A DNA stretch of 59,859 nt, filler included. It is 4 parts of 4 records of this genome, joined end to end, with 100 filler letters (N's around TTAATTAATTAA, not from the genome) between each part and the next. Parts side by side here need not be neighbours in the genome. Positions count along the whole stretch, not along the records: positions 23,828 to 39,113 come from DRR723986_1356; positions 39,214 to 50,822 come from DRR723986_1363; 2 more parts are not named here. One strand, given 5' to 3'. This document shows positions 38,792 to 49,600 of the stretch, in pieces (position 1 is the first letter of the stretch; each line of letters starts with the position of its first letter). The notes beneath the pieces are model-generated. The model searched no databases and was not told the origin of the DNA. It was given only the letters and a program-made list of their open reading frames with translations. Position numbers and translations under genes: made by a program.

Positions 38792-39113
38792 GTAGTTAAC
38801 AATACATGTTAATCGTTGCGGCGGCATTAAACTACGTTCGGCATGTTAAGTTGGTGGGTTGGCAGTTTACAAGGAGTTGTTCTGGGCTTTGTTTAAGTCA
38901 CCGGTTCGGATGTGGCGCTTTGAGCCCGGCCTTACACTTGCAGTGCCGTCCTGGTCTCAGGCTGGTTGGATTTTCTTGTTTGTCCCGCTCCGCTACGGTG
39001 CCGTATTGTTAATGCTTCGTGAAAATATATGAGAATGCGGCTAGTCCAAAGGCTCAAAACCCCAAAAATTTATGTTTCTATACCCGGTGTGATTTTGATA
39101 GCAGTCGCTCTCA

Positions 39114-39213
39114 NNNNNNNNNNNNNNNNNNNNNNNNNNNNNNNNNNNNNNNNNNNNTTAATTAATTAANNNNNNNNNNNNNNNNNNNNNNNNNNNNNNN
39201 NNNNNNNNNNNNN
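39114..39213. other. Artificial contig linker
   Basis: 44 N + TTAATTAATTAA + 44 N. Confidence 0.98.
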
Positions 39214-39730
39214 CGAGCCTGAGCCAGAACCCGAGCCTGAGCCTGAGCCTGAGCCAGAACCCGAGCCGGAGCCAGACCCAGTTATATTGGCAGAAGCTGG
39301 CGTATATTCTGCACTGCCTCTTGGTGAGTCATTCACGTTAGACGGCTGTGGTTCAACGTTTGAAGACGAGGCTTTTTGTAACCTTGTAGATACTGGTGCC
39401 TTTACCCTGACATGGATTTTGGGTGAAGAGATACTTGGCACAGGACAAACCCTGTTGGTTGAAACAGGAGATGGAACCTCTTTTAACACAGCAAACAATT
39501 ATCAAGTAACTTTACAAGTTCGCTATGACGGAAGCATTGGCAACAACCAGACAGTTAACCTGATTACTGGTGGTAGCTTGTTCCTGCCTGGCGATTTGGT
39601 TTTAACGAGTGTGGATGATGCTCTCGTAAGACTATATACCGTACCTGAACCTTATGGTTTGTTACTCTTGGCTCCAGGACTTGCATTTATGGCCCGTCGC
39701 CAACGAAAGAAACGAAAGCCTGAGGCATAA
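39214..39730 (+). CDS. PEP-CTERM surface protein, C-terminal fragment with an (EP)n linker and a PKD-like domain
   Basis: Frame open from the gap: (EP)10-DPVILAEAG...TLDGCGS...W...YQVTLQV; ends VPEP, hydrophobic helix, RRQRKKRK. Confidence 0.85.
39215..39280 (+). repeat. Hexamer tandem repeat encoding Glu-Pro
   Basis: GAGCCT/GAGCCA/GAACCC units; probably the cause of the contig break. Confidence 0.85.
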
Positions 39731-39766
39731 TCTGCCGGTAGGTTTATACAAATTGCACCTAACAAC

Positions 39767-39800
39767 AAAAAAAGGCCCGAACAGCGTTCGGGCCTTTTTT
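39767..39800. terminator. Bidirectional rho-independent terminator
   Basis: AAAAAAA-GGCCCGAAC-agc-GTTCGGGCC-TTTTTT between convergent genes. Confidence 0.9.
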
Positions 39801-39823
39801 GTTAATATCTAATAGTGCCAGAC

Positions 39824-40225
39824 TTACATTCCGTATTCATCAACACCTGAAGACAAAAGCCGCGCAAGCCCAAGAACCTTCTTCCTAATCCGGGGATCAG
39901 CAATTCGATAATAGGCATCCACAAGTTCTTGGGTTTCTTCCCTGTCAAAAACGGCATCCCCCATGGTCTCGTTAATTGACACATAACCAGGCATTTTTGT
40001 TTCCGCACCCTCAAAAAAGTAAGCGACAGGCACATCAAGTGTATTTGACATTCTGAATAGGCGGCTAGAACCAATACGATTGGTTCCTCGTTCATATTTT
40101 TGGACTTGTTGGAAAGTCACGCCCAATTCATGTCCTAATTGCGTCTGCGATAGACCAAGCATTTTTCTGCGGGCACGTACTCGCTGACCAACATGAATGT
40201 CTATTGGATCTGGACCCGTGGTCAT
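39824..40225 (-). CDS. XRE-family HTH transcriptional regulator
   Basis: PIDIHVGQRVRARR..LGLSQ..LG..LGVTFQQVQKYERGTNR, typical of alphaproteobacteria. Confidence 0.92.
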   Translation of the reverse strand: MTTGPDPIDIHVGQRVRARRKMLGLSQTQLGHELGVTFQQVQKYERGTNRIGSSRLFRMSNTLDVPVAYFFEGAETKMPGYVSINETMGDAVFDREETQELVDAYYRIADPRIRKKVLGLARLLSSGVDEYGM

Positions 40226-40444
40226 AATAGTCTCTCCAAAATTAACTTCCCCGTAAAGTGCATAGAATACTATCTGGAGTATAATTGATGCTCACTCAAC
40301 AAAAAACATACAGTTTTTCTATTAATTTCTTGAACTCGCTGTTTTTTCAGCACTAATTATTTAAAAAAAATCCGCGGAATACCTCTGACATAAATATGTC
40401 ATAACGTAAAAAAACTATAAATTCTATTTTTGCGAATCAATACG

Positions 40445-43102
40445 CTATCGTAATGATTTCTCAACCAATTCTTTTACATCATCACTAAGCTCATTAAGCG
40501 CCTGAAGCGAACCAAGGCTCTTTCGCATTAAGTCTTTACGACCATCATCCAGACGCATCCAACGACCAAGAGGGGCAACCATTCGAGCCGCTGTTTGAGG
40601 ATTCAACTTATCAACTTTAGCTATAACATTTGATAAAAGGTTGTACCCACTACCGTTTTGCGCGTGAAAATTAACTTGGTTCAATAATGCAAAAGTAGAA
40701 ATTAATGACCTAAGTCTGTTTGGATTTTCAATCGTAAATGCCGAATGGTTCATCAACGTTTTAATCTGGTCGACAACATCTCGCTGAGGACTTTGCGCCT
40801 GCACTGCAAACCATTTATCAACAACCAGATCATCATGACGCCATTGGTTGTAAAAAGCCTCTAAAACATCTTCTTTCTCTGCCCAAACGCTGTGACAAAT
40901 GACCGTCAACGCAGCAAGTTGCTCCGTCATATTATGTGCGTCATGATACAGGTTTAACGCACTGGCTTTAGCCTTCTCAACCTGAGAAATTGAATACGCC
41001 ATATAGCCTAGAAGCACATTCCGTAACTTACGGCTTCCCTTAGCTGTCTGCCCTGCCCCTCTCGCGGCCAATGAAAGTGCTTCAAATCGTTCCGCCACTA
41101 ATTGGAAATGAGCCTCAATAAGCTTCGTTTTTAACGAAACAAAAGCCTCATGAATTTCAACCGGCGTTAAAACATCTTGCATTTGGCCAATATATATCTC
41201 GCTAGGTACCGTTATCAACTCAGCAGCAAAAGCAGGATCTAGAGACAAATCACTAATAGTTGCGGCAAATGCGTCAGAAACCAGCAAAAATTTACCCTTG
41301 CCAGCGTCAGAGCTAGCCCAATCAGAATCTATTGACGCCAAGAGATATTCTGCCATCAAGTTTTGTCCAGACTGCCATCGCACAAATGTATCATCGTCGT
41401 ATTTCAATAAATGCGCAGTTTCAGAGTCATTCAAATCATCAACCACTTTAACGGGCGCTGAAAACCCTCGAAGGAGGCTTGGGCAAGCATTTTTTGGCAC
41501 ATTCTTGAACCTGAACTCTTGACGCTGCTGAGATAAGTTCAACAAATAACCGTTAGCGACTTCTGAGATACCTTCTCCTACTTCTGGGCAAAGTTTTGAA
41601 CCATCTTCATCTATCCAACCAACAATGACAGGCATATGAAATGGTTTTTTATCTGGTTGTCCCGGTGTGGCTGCGCACGATTGTTCAACGGCAAGAATGA
41701 TATCATCGCCGTCGAATAGCCGATCAATTTTCAATGTCGGTGTACCAGCCTGAGAGTACCAAAGCCGAAACTGCTTCAAGTCGATTTGCCCCGCTTCTTC
41801 CATGGCAGAAACAAATTGCTCACAAGTGGCCGCCTCGCCGTCATGTCGCTCCAAATAAAGCTTAACACCTTTTATGAAGTTTGATTGCTCCATAAAGCTA
41901 TGCATCATTCGAATAACTTCCGCACCTTTATTATAAACCGTCGTCGTGTAGAAGTTATTGATTTCAATATAACTTTCCGGGCGTATTGGATGCGCGAGTG
42001 GCCCTCCGTCTTCTGGAAACTGAAGCACTCTAAGTAAGCGCACATCATCGATGCGCTTTACCGCTCGCGATGTCATATCGCTGGAAAACTCTTGGTCTCT
42101 GAAAACAGTCAAACCTTCTTTTAAGCTTAACTGAAACCAATCTCGGCAGGTTACCCGGTTTCCTGTCCAGTTATGGAAATACTCATGACCGATAACGCCC
42201 TCAACATGGTCAAAATCACTATCTGTCGCGGTCTTATTGTTCGCTAAAACATATTTGGTGTTAAATATATTAAGACCTTTGTTCTCCATAGCCCCCATAT
42301 TGAAATCAGAAACTGCAACAATGTTGTAAGTATCCAGGTCATACTCCAGCCCAAAAACGTCTTCGTCCCATTTCATGGAATTTTTCAGTGACTGCATGGC
42401 ATAATCACATTTATCCAAGTCTGGCTTTCTTACATATATATTTAGAACAACATCCCGACCGCTGGTGGTTCGGTATGTGTCAGATACGGCACTTAAGTCA
42501 CCAGCAACTAAAGCAAACAAATAGCATGGTTTTGGATGCGGGTCTGACCAGCGGGCATAATGTCGACCACCTTTCAGCCTTCCTTTTGAATGCAAGTTAC
42601 CATTTGACAACAAAACAGGGTAGCGCGCTTCGTCGGCTTCAATTGTAACGTCGTAAACCGCAAGCACGTCGGGTCGGTCCAAAAAGTAAGTTATATGGCG
42701 AAAGCCTTCAGCCTCGCACTGTGTGGTTAAATTCCCACCAGACTTGTAAAGCCCTTCAAGGCGTGTATTTTCCCCAGGCAATAGCTCTGTCACCACTACA
42801 AGTGAAAAAGAGTCTGGAACATTTTTAATAACAAGTGATTCACGGCTTAAGTCATATGAGCCCGCATCTAGACGATCTTGATTCAATGCAACAGAAACAA
42901 GTTTCATATGCGGGCCACCATCAAGCGTTAAATCGGCGTCAGCACTCCCTCGCCTCTCGAACTGGCTAATAGCCGTCAGTAAAACTTTGTCATCAAGAAC
43001 TTGAAAAACCAAATCTACTTTTTTCACAAAAAAAGCCGGCGGTTGATAGTCCGCCAGCCTGATTTCTTGTTTTACTGCCCTTGGGGCTATACGATAATCC
43101 AT
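40445..43102 (-). CDS. pepN: Aminopeptidase N
   Basis: TQCEAEGFR, GAMENKGLNIFN and HEYFHNWTGNRVTCRDWFQLSLKEG motifs. Confidence 0.97.
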   Translation of the reverse strand: MDYRIAPRAVKQEIRLADYQPPAFFVKKVDLVFQVLDDKVLLTAISQFERRGSADADLTLDGGPHMKLVSVALNQDRLDAGSYDLSRESLVIKNVPDSFSLVVVTELLPGENTRLEGLYKSGGNLTTQCEAEGFRHITYFLDRPDVLAVYDVTIEADEARYPVLLSNGNLHSKGRLKGGRHYARWSDPHPKPCYLFALVAGDLSAVSDTYRTTSGRDVVLNIYVRKPDLDKCDYAMQSLKNSMKWDEDVFGLEYDLDTYNIVAVSDFNMGAMENKGLNIFNTKYVLANNKTATDSDFDHVEGVIGHEYFHNWTGNRVTCRDWFQLSLKEGLTVFRDQEFSSDMTSRAVKRIDDVRLLRVLQFPEDGGPLAHPIRPESYIEINNFYTTTVYNKGAEVIRMMHSFMEQSNFIKGVKLYLERHDGEAATCEQFVSAMEEAGQIDLKQFRLWYSQAGTPTLKIDRLFDGDDIILAVEQSCAATPGQPDKKPFHMPVIVGWIDEDGSKLCPEVGEGISEVANGYLLNLSQQRQEFRFKNVPKNACPSLLRGFSAPVKVVDDLNDSETAHLLKYDDDTFVRWQSGQNLMAEYLLASIDSDWASSDAGKGKFLLVSDAFAATISDLSLDPAFAAELITVPSEIYIGQMQDVLTPVEIHEAFVSLKTKLIEAHFQLVAERFEALSLAARGAGQTAKGSRKLRNVLLGYMAYSISQVEKAKASALNLYHDAHNMTEQLAALTVICHSVWAEKEDVLEAFYNQWRHDDLVVDKWFAVQAQSPQRDVVDQIKTLMNHSAFTIENPNRLRSLISTFALLNQVNFHAQNGSGYNLLSNVIAKVDKLNPQTAARMVAPLGRWMRLDDGRKDLMRKSLGSLQALNELSDDVKELVEKSLR

Positions 43103-43105
43103 AAT

Positions 43106-43597
43106 TTATGTTTTCTTTCGGCGCTGTCTGCCAGACTCCGTTGCATAGTCAAGAGGCAGTGCTGTTGTATATTTAATCCGCTCCATCGCAAACGAAGAGC
43201 TTACATCTGTCAACTCTACTTTCTTGATCAACTTCTTGTAGAAATCATCGTAAGCTGCCATGTCTGGCACTACCACGCGCATTAAATAGTCTACATCTCC
43301 GCTCATACGGTATAGCTCGACAACCTCTGAAAACTCGCAGACCATTCTGGCAAATTCGTCAAGCCAATCAAAATTATGTTCATTGGTTTTTATGGCAACA
43401 AACACATCCAGCGGCACATTAACTTTATTGCGGTCAACCAGAGCTACCCGCCGTGTTATGTACCCTTCCTGCTCGAGAATTTGTATTCGCCGCCAACAAG
43501 GTGTTGTCGAAAGACCAACAATTTCTGCCACTTCGGCAGTGCTAAGAGTAGCATCCTTTTGCAATAAACCGAGTATTTTCCGATCAATGTCGTCCAT
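43106..43597 (-). CDS. Lrp/AsnC-family regulator (DecR-like)
   Basis: MDDIDRKIL..LQ.DA...VGLSTTPCWRRI and YRMSGDVDYLMRVVVPD motifs. Confidence 0.92.
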   Translation of the reverse strand: MDDIDRKILGLLQKDATLSTAEVAEIVGLSTTPCWRRIQILEQEGYITRRVALVDRNKVNVPLDVFVAIKTNEHNFDWLDEFARMVCEFSEVVELYRMSGDVDYLMRVVVPDMAAYDDFYKKLIKKVELTDVSSSFAMERIKYTTALPLDYATESGRQRRKKT

Positions 43598-43718
43598 AAT
43601 TCGCCTTTTGAAAGAAGAATAGTTTAATAAATGCTATTTTATTAGCACAAAAAAACGATAACGAAAGTAAAAGAATACGCACTGAATAAACAAATACGCC
43701 TATTGCGCTATACTGTGC

Positions 43719-44384
43719 TCAAACTTTTTTCGTTATCAGGTGGTCAATGGAAATTTTACCCGGTCCAACGAACAAAATACCAATCAAAGCTGCAGCCCAA
43801 ACCATATGGTCATAAAACAAGTTTGGATACACTGTCTGTATCACGAGGCTCATGATCAGTAGGCCAAAAGCGCCAAAACGAGTGCCAATGCCCAGTATCA
43901 GCATTATAGGTAAGATTGTTTCCCCAAGTAGACCTAATTGAGCCGCAAGTTCAGGTGACAAAAACGGCACTTGGTATTCTTCTTCAAAAAGAATTCCCGC
44001 GTTTTCGCTTGCCGTGAAGAAAGCTGAAATATCGGCGCTGATACCTGGCGTAAGCTGCTGTTCAATTTGTTCTGCCAAGCCAGTATCAGGGTACAAATTA
44101 CCTGCAAATTCGGTGAGTTCAGAAATATAATAACCGGCTTCGTCAGTGAGCAATTTTTCAAAAGCAGCATACTTTGTATCGTCATTCAGAATATTGCGCA
44201 CAGCGTCTTGCGCTGCATCCAATTCTAACAATGGATCATAATCTGGTGCCGATGCTTTAGTACGCCCTGATGCATAAAATATCTTGGCAATCCAGGTACG
44301 AAGAAACAACATCAACGCATCCTGCGGTGTTATAATCGTGCTCATTTTACCGAAAATATTCTTAATTGGTTGGCTAATACTCAT
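43719..44384 (-). CDS. DoxX-family membrane protein (BufD-like) with a large internal insertion
   Basis: LFLRTWIAKIFYASGRTK...LFEEEYQVPFLSPELAA...LGIGTRF...GPGKISID; start at MSISQP. Confidence 0.82.
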   Translation of the reverse strand: MSISQPIKNIFGKMSTIITPQDALMLFLRTWIAKIFYASGRTKASAPDYDPLLELDAAQDAVRNILNDDTKYAAFEKLLTDEAGYYISELTEFAGNLYPDTGLAEQIEQQLTPGISADISAFFTASENAGILFEEEYQVPFLSPELAAQLGLLGETILPIMLILGIGTRFGAFGLLIMSLVIQTVYPNLFYDHMVWAAALIGILFVGPGKISIDHLITKKV

Positions 44385-44440
44385 AGTGTGCCCTTTCATC
44401 TGGCAGCTCCATTGGTACCCTCTAAGGGCAACCATCTCGC

Positions 44441-45163
44441 TCATTCCGCGACTAGAATTTTCTTTGAAAACAGGTTTTGTGCAGCTTTAATTTCTTGGGC
44501 TTCATCTAGCTCAACATTGTCATCACCGTTATTGATCGACCTTAAAAGTTGGGCTTCTGCCTCATCCAGGGCCATCAAACTAATCTCGCTGGCGGCCAAC
44601 AAAACGATAACCATTTGCCCACCCTGATCCAGATGAATGGCCTCAGCAGGGATATGGCCCATTGCAGCACTCCAGATGCTCATCAACGGATATTGACTAT
44701 CGATGATTCGAATATTTGCGCTAACAAACATATCCGCATCAGGCGCTGGTTCAGAACAATAGACAACTTCTTGCTCAATCTGCAGCTCATGCATTGACCA
44801 TTCCAACTGAACGATGTCTGACACATATGGCAATTGCTCGCTCACCGAATGCCCTTTAAGGAAATCCGCAAACTCAGCACCGTAACCAGCAAGAGAAGCC
44901 GCAACCGGTGGGTTAGCACTGCAAAACTCTTTTAGGGCTCCGCTGACAAACTCTTTTCCCACAAATGCTTCAAGTGCTGGAAAATGAGCTGATAAACTAC
45001 TGGACAGAGATTCCCGGTAATTATTGCGGTGTATATTCAAGCGATTAACAGGAGGCAAAGCACCCTCTGAAGCCAAACTGCCAACCAGTCTTTCATCAGG
45101 CTCGCCAGTTAGAATTAGTTTCTTAAAATCACTCTGAAACTGATGAAGATCACGCTGCTCCAT
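44441..45163 (-). CDS. DUF2063 RiPP-chaperone partner (BufC/HvfC-like)
   Basis: FQ..F...IL...RLNIHRNNY...L...FP.....VG..F...YG..F.DFL...LPY..D...LEW; overlaps the DUF692 gene end. Confidence 0.85.
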   Translation of the reverse strand: MEQRDLHQFQSDFKKLILTGEPDERLVGSLASEGALPPVNRLNIHRNNYRESLSSSLSAHFPALEAFVGKEFVSGALKEFCSANPPVAASLAGYGAEFADFLKGHSVSEQLPYVSDIVQLEWSMHELQIEQEVVYCSEPAPDADMFVSANIRIIDSQYPLMSIWSAAMGHIPAEAIHLDQGGQMVIVLLAASEISLMALDEAEAQLLRSINNGDDNVELDEAQEIKAAQNLFSKKILVAE

Positions 45164-46034
45164 GAATTGCCTCCGGAACATCAAGTGCATTCATCATTTG
45201 TCGTTGCGCTTTATGCGCCTCACTAATCAAAACCGGCAATGCGGGCAGATTTGAGTCCCACTCAATCAATGTAGGACGCGCTCCAATACGCTTTATTGTT
45301 TGCCGGTATAGAGACCAAACATCGTCCACAACAGAACTGCCATGATCATCAATTCGTATTTCTGCACCATCCACTTGCTTAACAAGATGCCCCGCTAAAT
45401 GTATTTCTCCCACAAAATCACCGGGAATATTGTCTAGGTAAGTATTTGCATCAAAGTCATTATTGCGCGCGGAAACATAAACATTATTAATATCTAACAA
45501 TATACCGCAGCCCGTTTTTTCAGCCAAAAGTGTTAAATATTCTGGCTCGTCTATGTCTGTTTCCTTGAACGCCACATAAGTGGACGGATTTTCAATAAGA
45601 ATTTTACGACCAATAGCATCTTGCATGCGCGATACATTATCAGCAACAACAGCAAGCGTGGCAGTATTCAGCGGCAACGGAAGAAGGTCATTCAAGTAAT
45701 GTCCATCATGAACTGACCAAGCCAAATGTTCAGAAACAAGTTGCGGTTTATACCGCTCAACTACCTGTTTAAATTTTTCGAGGTGTTCTGGGTCTAAGCC
45801 ATCGGCAGACCCCAGTGACATACCCACACCATGAACTGAAAGTGGGTAGCGGTCAGTAATTTCATCTAAAAAACGCATATGATTGCCACCGGCAGTCATA
45901 TAATTTTCTGCGTGCACTTCAAAAAAAGCCAATTCAGGGTGACTTTCTGAAACATCGAGCAAATGTTCAGCCTTAAGGCCTACCCCAACAGGGAATGGGT
46001 TTCCGGAAGGACAAAACGAGTATGAATCAACCAT
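45150..46034 (-). CDS. DUF692 multinuclear non-heme iron-dependent oxidase (MNIO, BufB-like)
   Basis: FFEVHAENYM, HGVGMSLG, SEHLAWS, DLLPLP, IENPSTY, LLDINNVYV, EIHLAGH, IDDH and PTLIEWD motifs. Confidence 0.93.
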   Translation of the reverse strand: MVDSYSFCPSGNPFPVGVGLKAEHLLDVSESHPELAFFEVHAENYMTAGGNHMRFLDEITDRYPLSVHGVGMSLGSADGLDPEHLEKFKQVVERYKPQLVSEHLAWSVHDGHYLNDLLPLPLNTATLAVVADNVSRMQDAIGRKILIENPSTYVAFKETDIDEPEYLTLLAEKTGCGILLDINNVYVSARNNDFDANTYLDNIPGDFVGEIHLAGHLVKQVDGAEIRIDDHGSSVVDDVWSLYRQTIKRIGARPTLIEWDSNLPALPVLISEAHKAQRQMMNALDVPEAIHGAA

Positions 46035-46064
46035 TAATTGCCCTTCCAGAGACTATTATTATTT

Positions 46065-46340
46065 TTACGCTTTCGGCGTTGTAGAGCCACCAGCAATTTT
46101 GTCACACAAACCTTTAGCAACGTAGATCCACTCTGCGCTATCAGCGTCAGTCTTTGCCTGACCAGCGCAGCTATGACCATTTGCTTCACAGTCATTCTTG
46201 CCCTTGGCAACAACGCCGTAGCATTTTTCTTTTTTAGCTTTCTTGTCAGCAGCCATTGCAGTGCCTGAAACAACAGTCATTGCAAATGCAAGTGCACCAG
46301 TGGTGGCAACAGCAGTTTTAGCGATACGATTGAATTTCAT
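46065..46340 (-). CDS. DUF2282 bufferin family-1 precursor (BufA1-like)
   Basis: Signal peptide, then EKCYGV..KGKNDC...HSCAG......W..V.KG.C.KI.GG with four conserved Cys. Confidence 0.9.
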   Translation of the reverse strand: MKFNRIAKTAVATTGALAFAMTVVSGTAMAADKKAKKEKCYGVVAKGKNDCEANGHSCAGQAKTDADSAEWIYVAKGLCDKIAGGSTTPKA

Positions 46341-46655
46341 AACATCTAGTCCTTTTGATAAATATCTTGCCTATTAGCATACGGGAACTTTTTCCCAATT
46401 ATAAAACCCCTTAACTATCTGGGTTTCACGGTTCCATCCGTTGGCAACCATAATACCCAGAACCTTAAAGATTAATAATGATATGCTAATCACGAGTTAG
46501 TGAGTCTCGCATTAAGTTTATTTTATCTATTTATTGCAATAACTTAATATAATAAACACTAGATAGCGACACTGGAAACTTTGGCCAGACATGCTCGCAG
46601 TTCCAAAAATTCAATACACTGTTGACAGTGCCGTGAAGTGAGAAAATTGCTTGTT

Positions 46656-49600
46656 TTATCGACCACTAAAGTCGCTACGATAATCACGCATGAAAGACTG
46701 TAATTTCTCAACGCTGGCTATCTGAGTAGCGATTGCGCCAAGCTCACGACCACTTAGTTCCTGATCACTGGTTAACAGCTCAAATGCATTTGCAAAGTCA
46801 CCTTCGCGCATCTGGCCGCCATACCGACGGCGAAGTTCAATCAACCCTGCTCTATCTTCTGTAAATGTCATCGAAATCGACAATCGAATAAGGTTCAGTC
46901 GCTGCAGTTCTGTTAGGGCTTCATTTCGGCGCCATCCATCTCCCATCAATCGTCTAATAGTTGGCACTAACTGTGTCCAGTTTTTGGAGCCCCAAAACAC
47001 ATCTGCCCTTAATATTTCTGCGTCAGCGCTTCGGTCTTCTTCAATCAAAACTTCAGCTTCTTCAAAACGAGCAAGCTCAATCAAAGCGCGTGCCTCAACA
47101 TTCCGGCGGTTGGCAAGTATGTCCTGCGGCAGGCGTGGTTCGCGCGTTGCCCTAATAATTTCCAAAGCCGCATCAGGTTTACGGTTGAGGATATGAATTT
47201 TTGCCAAATTAGCTGCAATTTGCGCGCGCGCAGCGCCTTCTGTACGAGCTTTAACCTGGTAATCCAACAAATCTGAAGCCCTGTCTAATAAATCTACCGA
47301 TACTAAACGATCTGCAAGACGGCGGATCATCATGTCACCGTCATTACCAAGTGGGGTTAATTCTCTGAATTTGTAATAGAGGCTGATCGCAGAAATTGGA
47401 GTTAATTCTTCAGCCATCCCATCCAAAAACAAGGACCGAAAAACCTGACCCATTTTCAAAGACATTTTCTTGTCGCGAGCCAGTTCAGGATAATAAGAAA
47501 CCCCCTGCCTTAACGTTTCTAGACCAATTTCATATTGTTTGTTTTCAAAATATAAATCAGCCAAATCATTCAATAACAAGCTTTCAAAACGGTCTCCTCT
47601 CCAAGCAAATCTAAGCCGCTCGAGCTGGTCAATTGCAGTAGGCGCATCAATGTCACCGTTTTTAAGGCCAAACTTGGTTCGCGAATAGCGCGCACGGGCT
47701 GCAATCCATCGCTCGCTTGACTCTGTAAGGTCATCAAACTGAGTTTGAGCAATGTCAGTTTGTCCCTGCATTTCAGCGATGCGAGCACTTTGATAAACTG
47801 TCTCAGACAATTGTCCCTCAGTGAGGGTTAAACCGTTCATCAACTCAAGCTCTTCCTGTGCTAACTCCAAGTTTTCGGTTTCAATCGCTGCTCGTATAAC
47901 AGCCAGCTGAAGTTCAGCCCGGTCATATTCATCATACGTACCCATTACGTCTTTACCGCGCCGATAAAACTCAAGTGCGTCCGCATGTTTCCCGCGAGCT
48001 TCCGCAATCATCGCGCGCCAAATTTCCGCATCCTGCTCTGCCGCCAATTCTTGAGAGGCTAGATCCGCAGCAGCCAACTCCAGGCGGCCCTGTTTGAAAT
48101 TGGCCACACCTCGAACCGCACGAAATTCGCCGTTTTTCTCTAACAGTTCATCTTGGTTCAGCATCAACTGTAAAACACCCAGTGCTTCTGCCGCACGGCC
48201 ATGCGCAAGAAAATACCTAGCAAGCTTCCAGCGAACAGCATTAGCGCCTTCTGAATCGACTAACGATAGCTCATACAACAGCCGACTTTTATTTTTCCGG
48301 TATTCCCAAGTTGGGCCAATTCTCCACGACTCAAAGTCAATTAAACGCGCAAATCCAAGCTGCGCATCAGCACCAATACCTGTTGCCCGTGACAAACGAG
48401 ACGCAGACAAAAGGCTGTTGCCAGTAGACCGAATGGCAACACCGTCGCGAAATCGATCAATGGCAACATTGTCAGATAAAGGGCTAATTGCAATGCCTTG
48501 TGCCGTTTCCAAAATCTCTGCGGCGGCATAGCTATATTTTTGCGCTATTCCAGTGCTTTGGCGAAATGTTGGTAAAACAACCAGCATGTCGCCAATATCT
48601 GGGTCCTCAAATTCCACCTTACGGCCAATATCTGAAGCTTGAATAAATATTTGTTGGCCTTGGGCTTGGGCCTCTCTTCGCATTGGCCGAAGCGGAAACC
48701 TTGGCTTCGCTGGTGTATCCTTTAGGCTAATGTGCCACGTGGTCTGGTCTCGTTCGACAACAAAATTTTGATTAGCCCGAATAGCCATACGCAAGATTAA
48801 TGCATCAGGGTCAGAACGCTGCTCCAGGCGCCGGATACGGCGCGAAACCTCGTTACTGCCCGACTTTAGACCTTTGGGGTTCAGCTTAAAAGGCTTGTCA
48901 AAAACCGTCCAAAGCGACCCACCACGTTCAAACACAGCAATGGCTGCTTCTTCAGGCATCAAAAAGCTTATTTTTACACTGGCTTCAAGGTCCGTCGTTT
49001 CAACTGTTACCGTATTTGATGCATCGCCAACAGAGTCCATATCACCAAATTCAATGGCGCTGACCTGTTCACCGGTATCTGCAGATACATCCGTTGGCTC
49101 AGAGGGGCTAAGGCTAACTGCGTTATTTGTTTGAACAGAAGGCTTCTCTTCCAGCGGTTCTCTATCACGCTCGGTATTAGCAACACTGCCGGGCGTTTTA
49201 TCCAATTCAGTTGACCTGCTGGCTCCGCGAGGTTCGCCAATGCGAACAGGCTTAAAATCACCCTCTTGCGCCAAGGCTTGCGCTTCGGCGTTTAATTGGT
49301 CTTCGCCGTTGGCCTCATTTTCGTTACTTGCCTGAGTTTGCGTTGGTTGTTGTGTTGTTGCGTCACCGAGAGGGTCTTGGGCTTTATCTTTCTCCCCTGA
49401 ACCGTTCGCATCTTCAGTAGCCTTTGCAACCGGCGTTGACGCAGCAACAACTTGCTGGGCCCCACGACGCAGAGTGGCAGATGTATCCCCGGCATAGATA
49501 TCCACTATTACAAACCCACCAGACCGAAAATCTCTTGGCGTAATGCCCGGCAATACATCAAATACCAAGTCTGTGCGGCCACCATTCTGCCTAACAGCCA

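Noticed and set aside
23828-39113. GC-skew inversion at the iterons
   Set aside because: By eye the intergenic segments are inconsistent (G/T-rich at 28900-29050 and 31400-32000, but A/C-rich at 33200-33900), so this cannot be claimed without computation.
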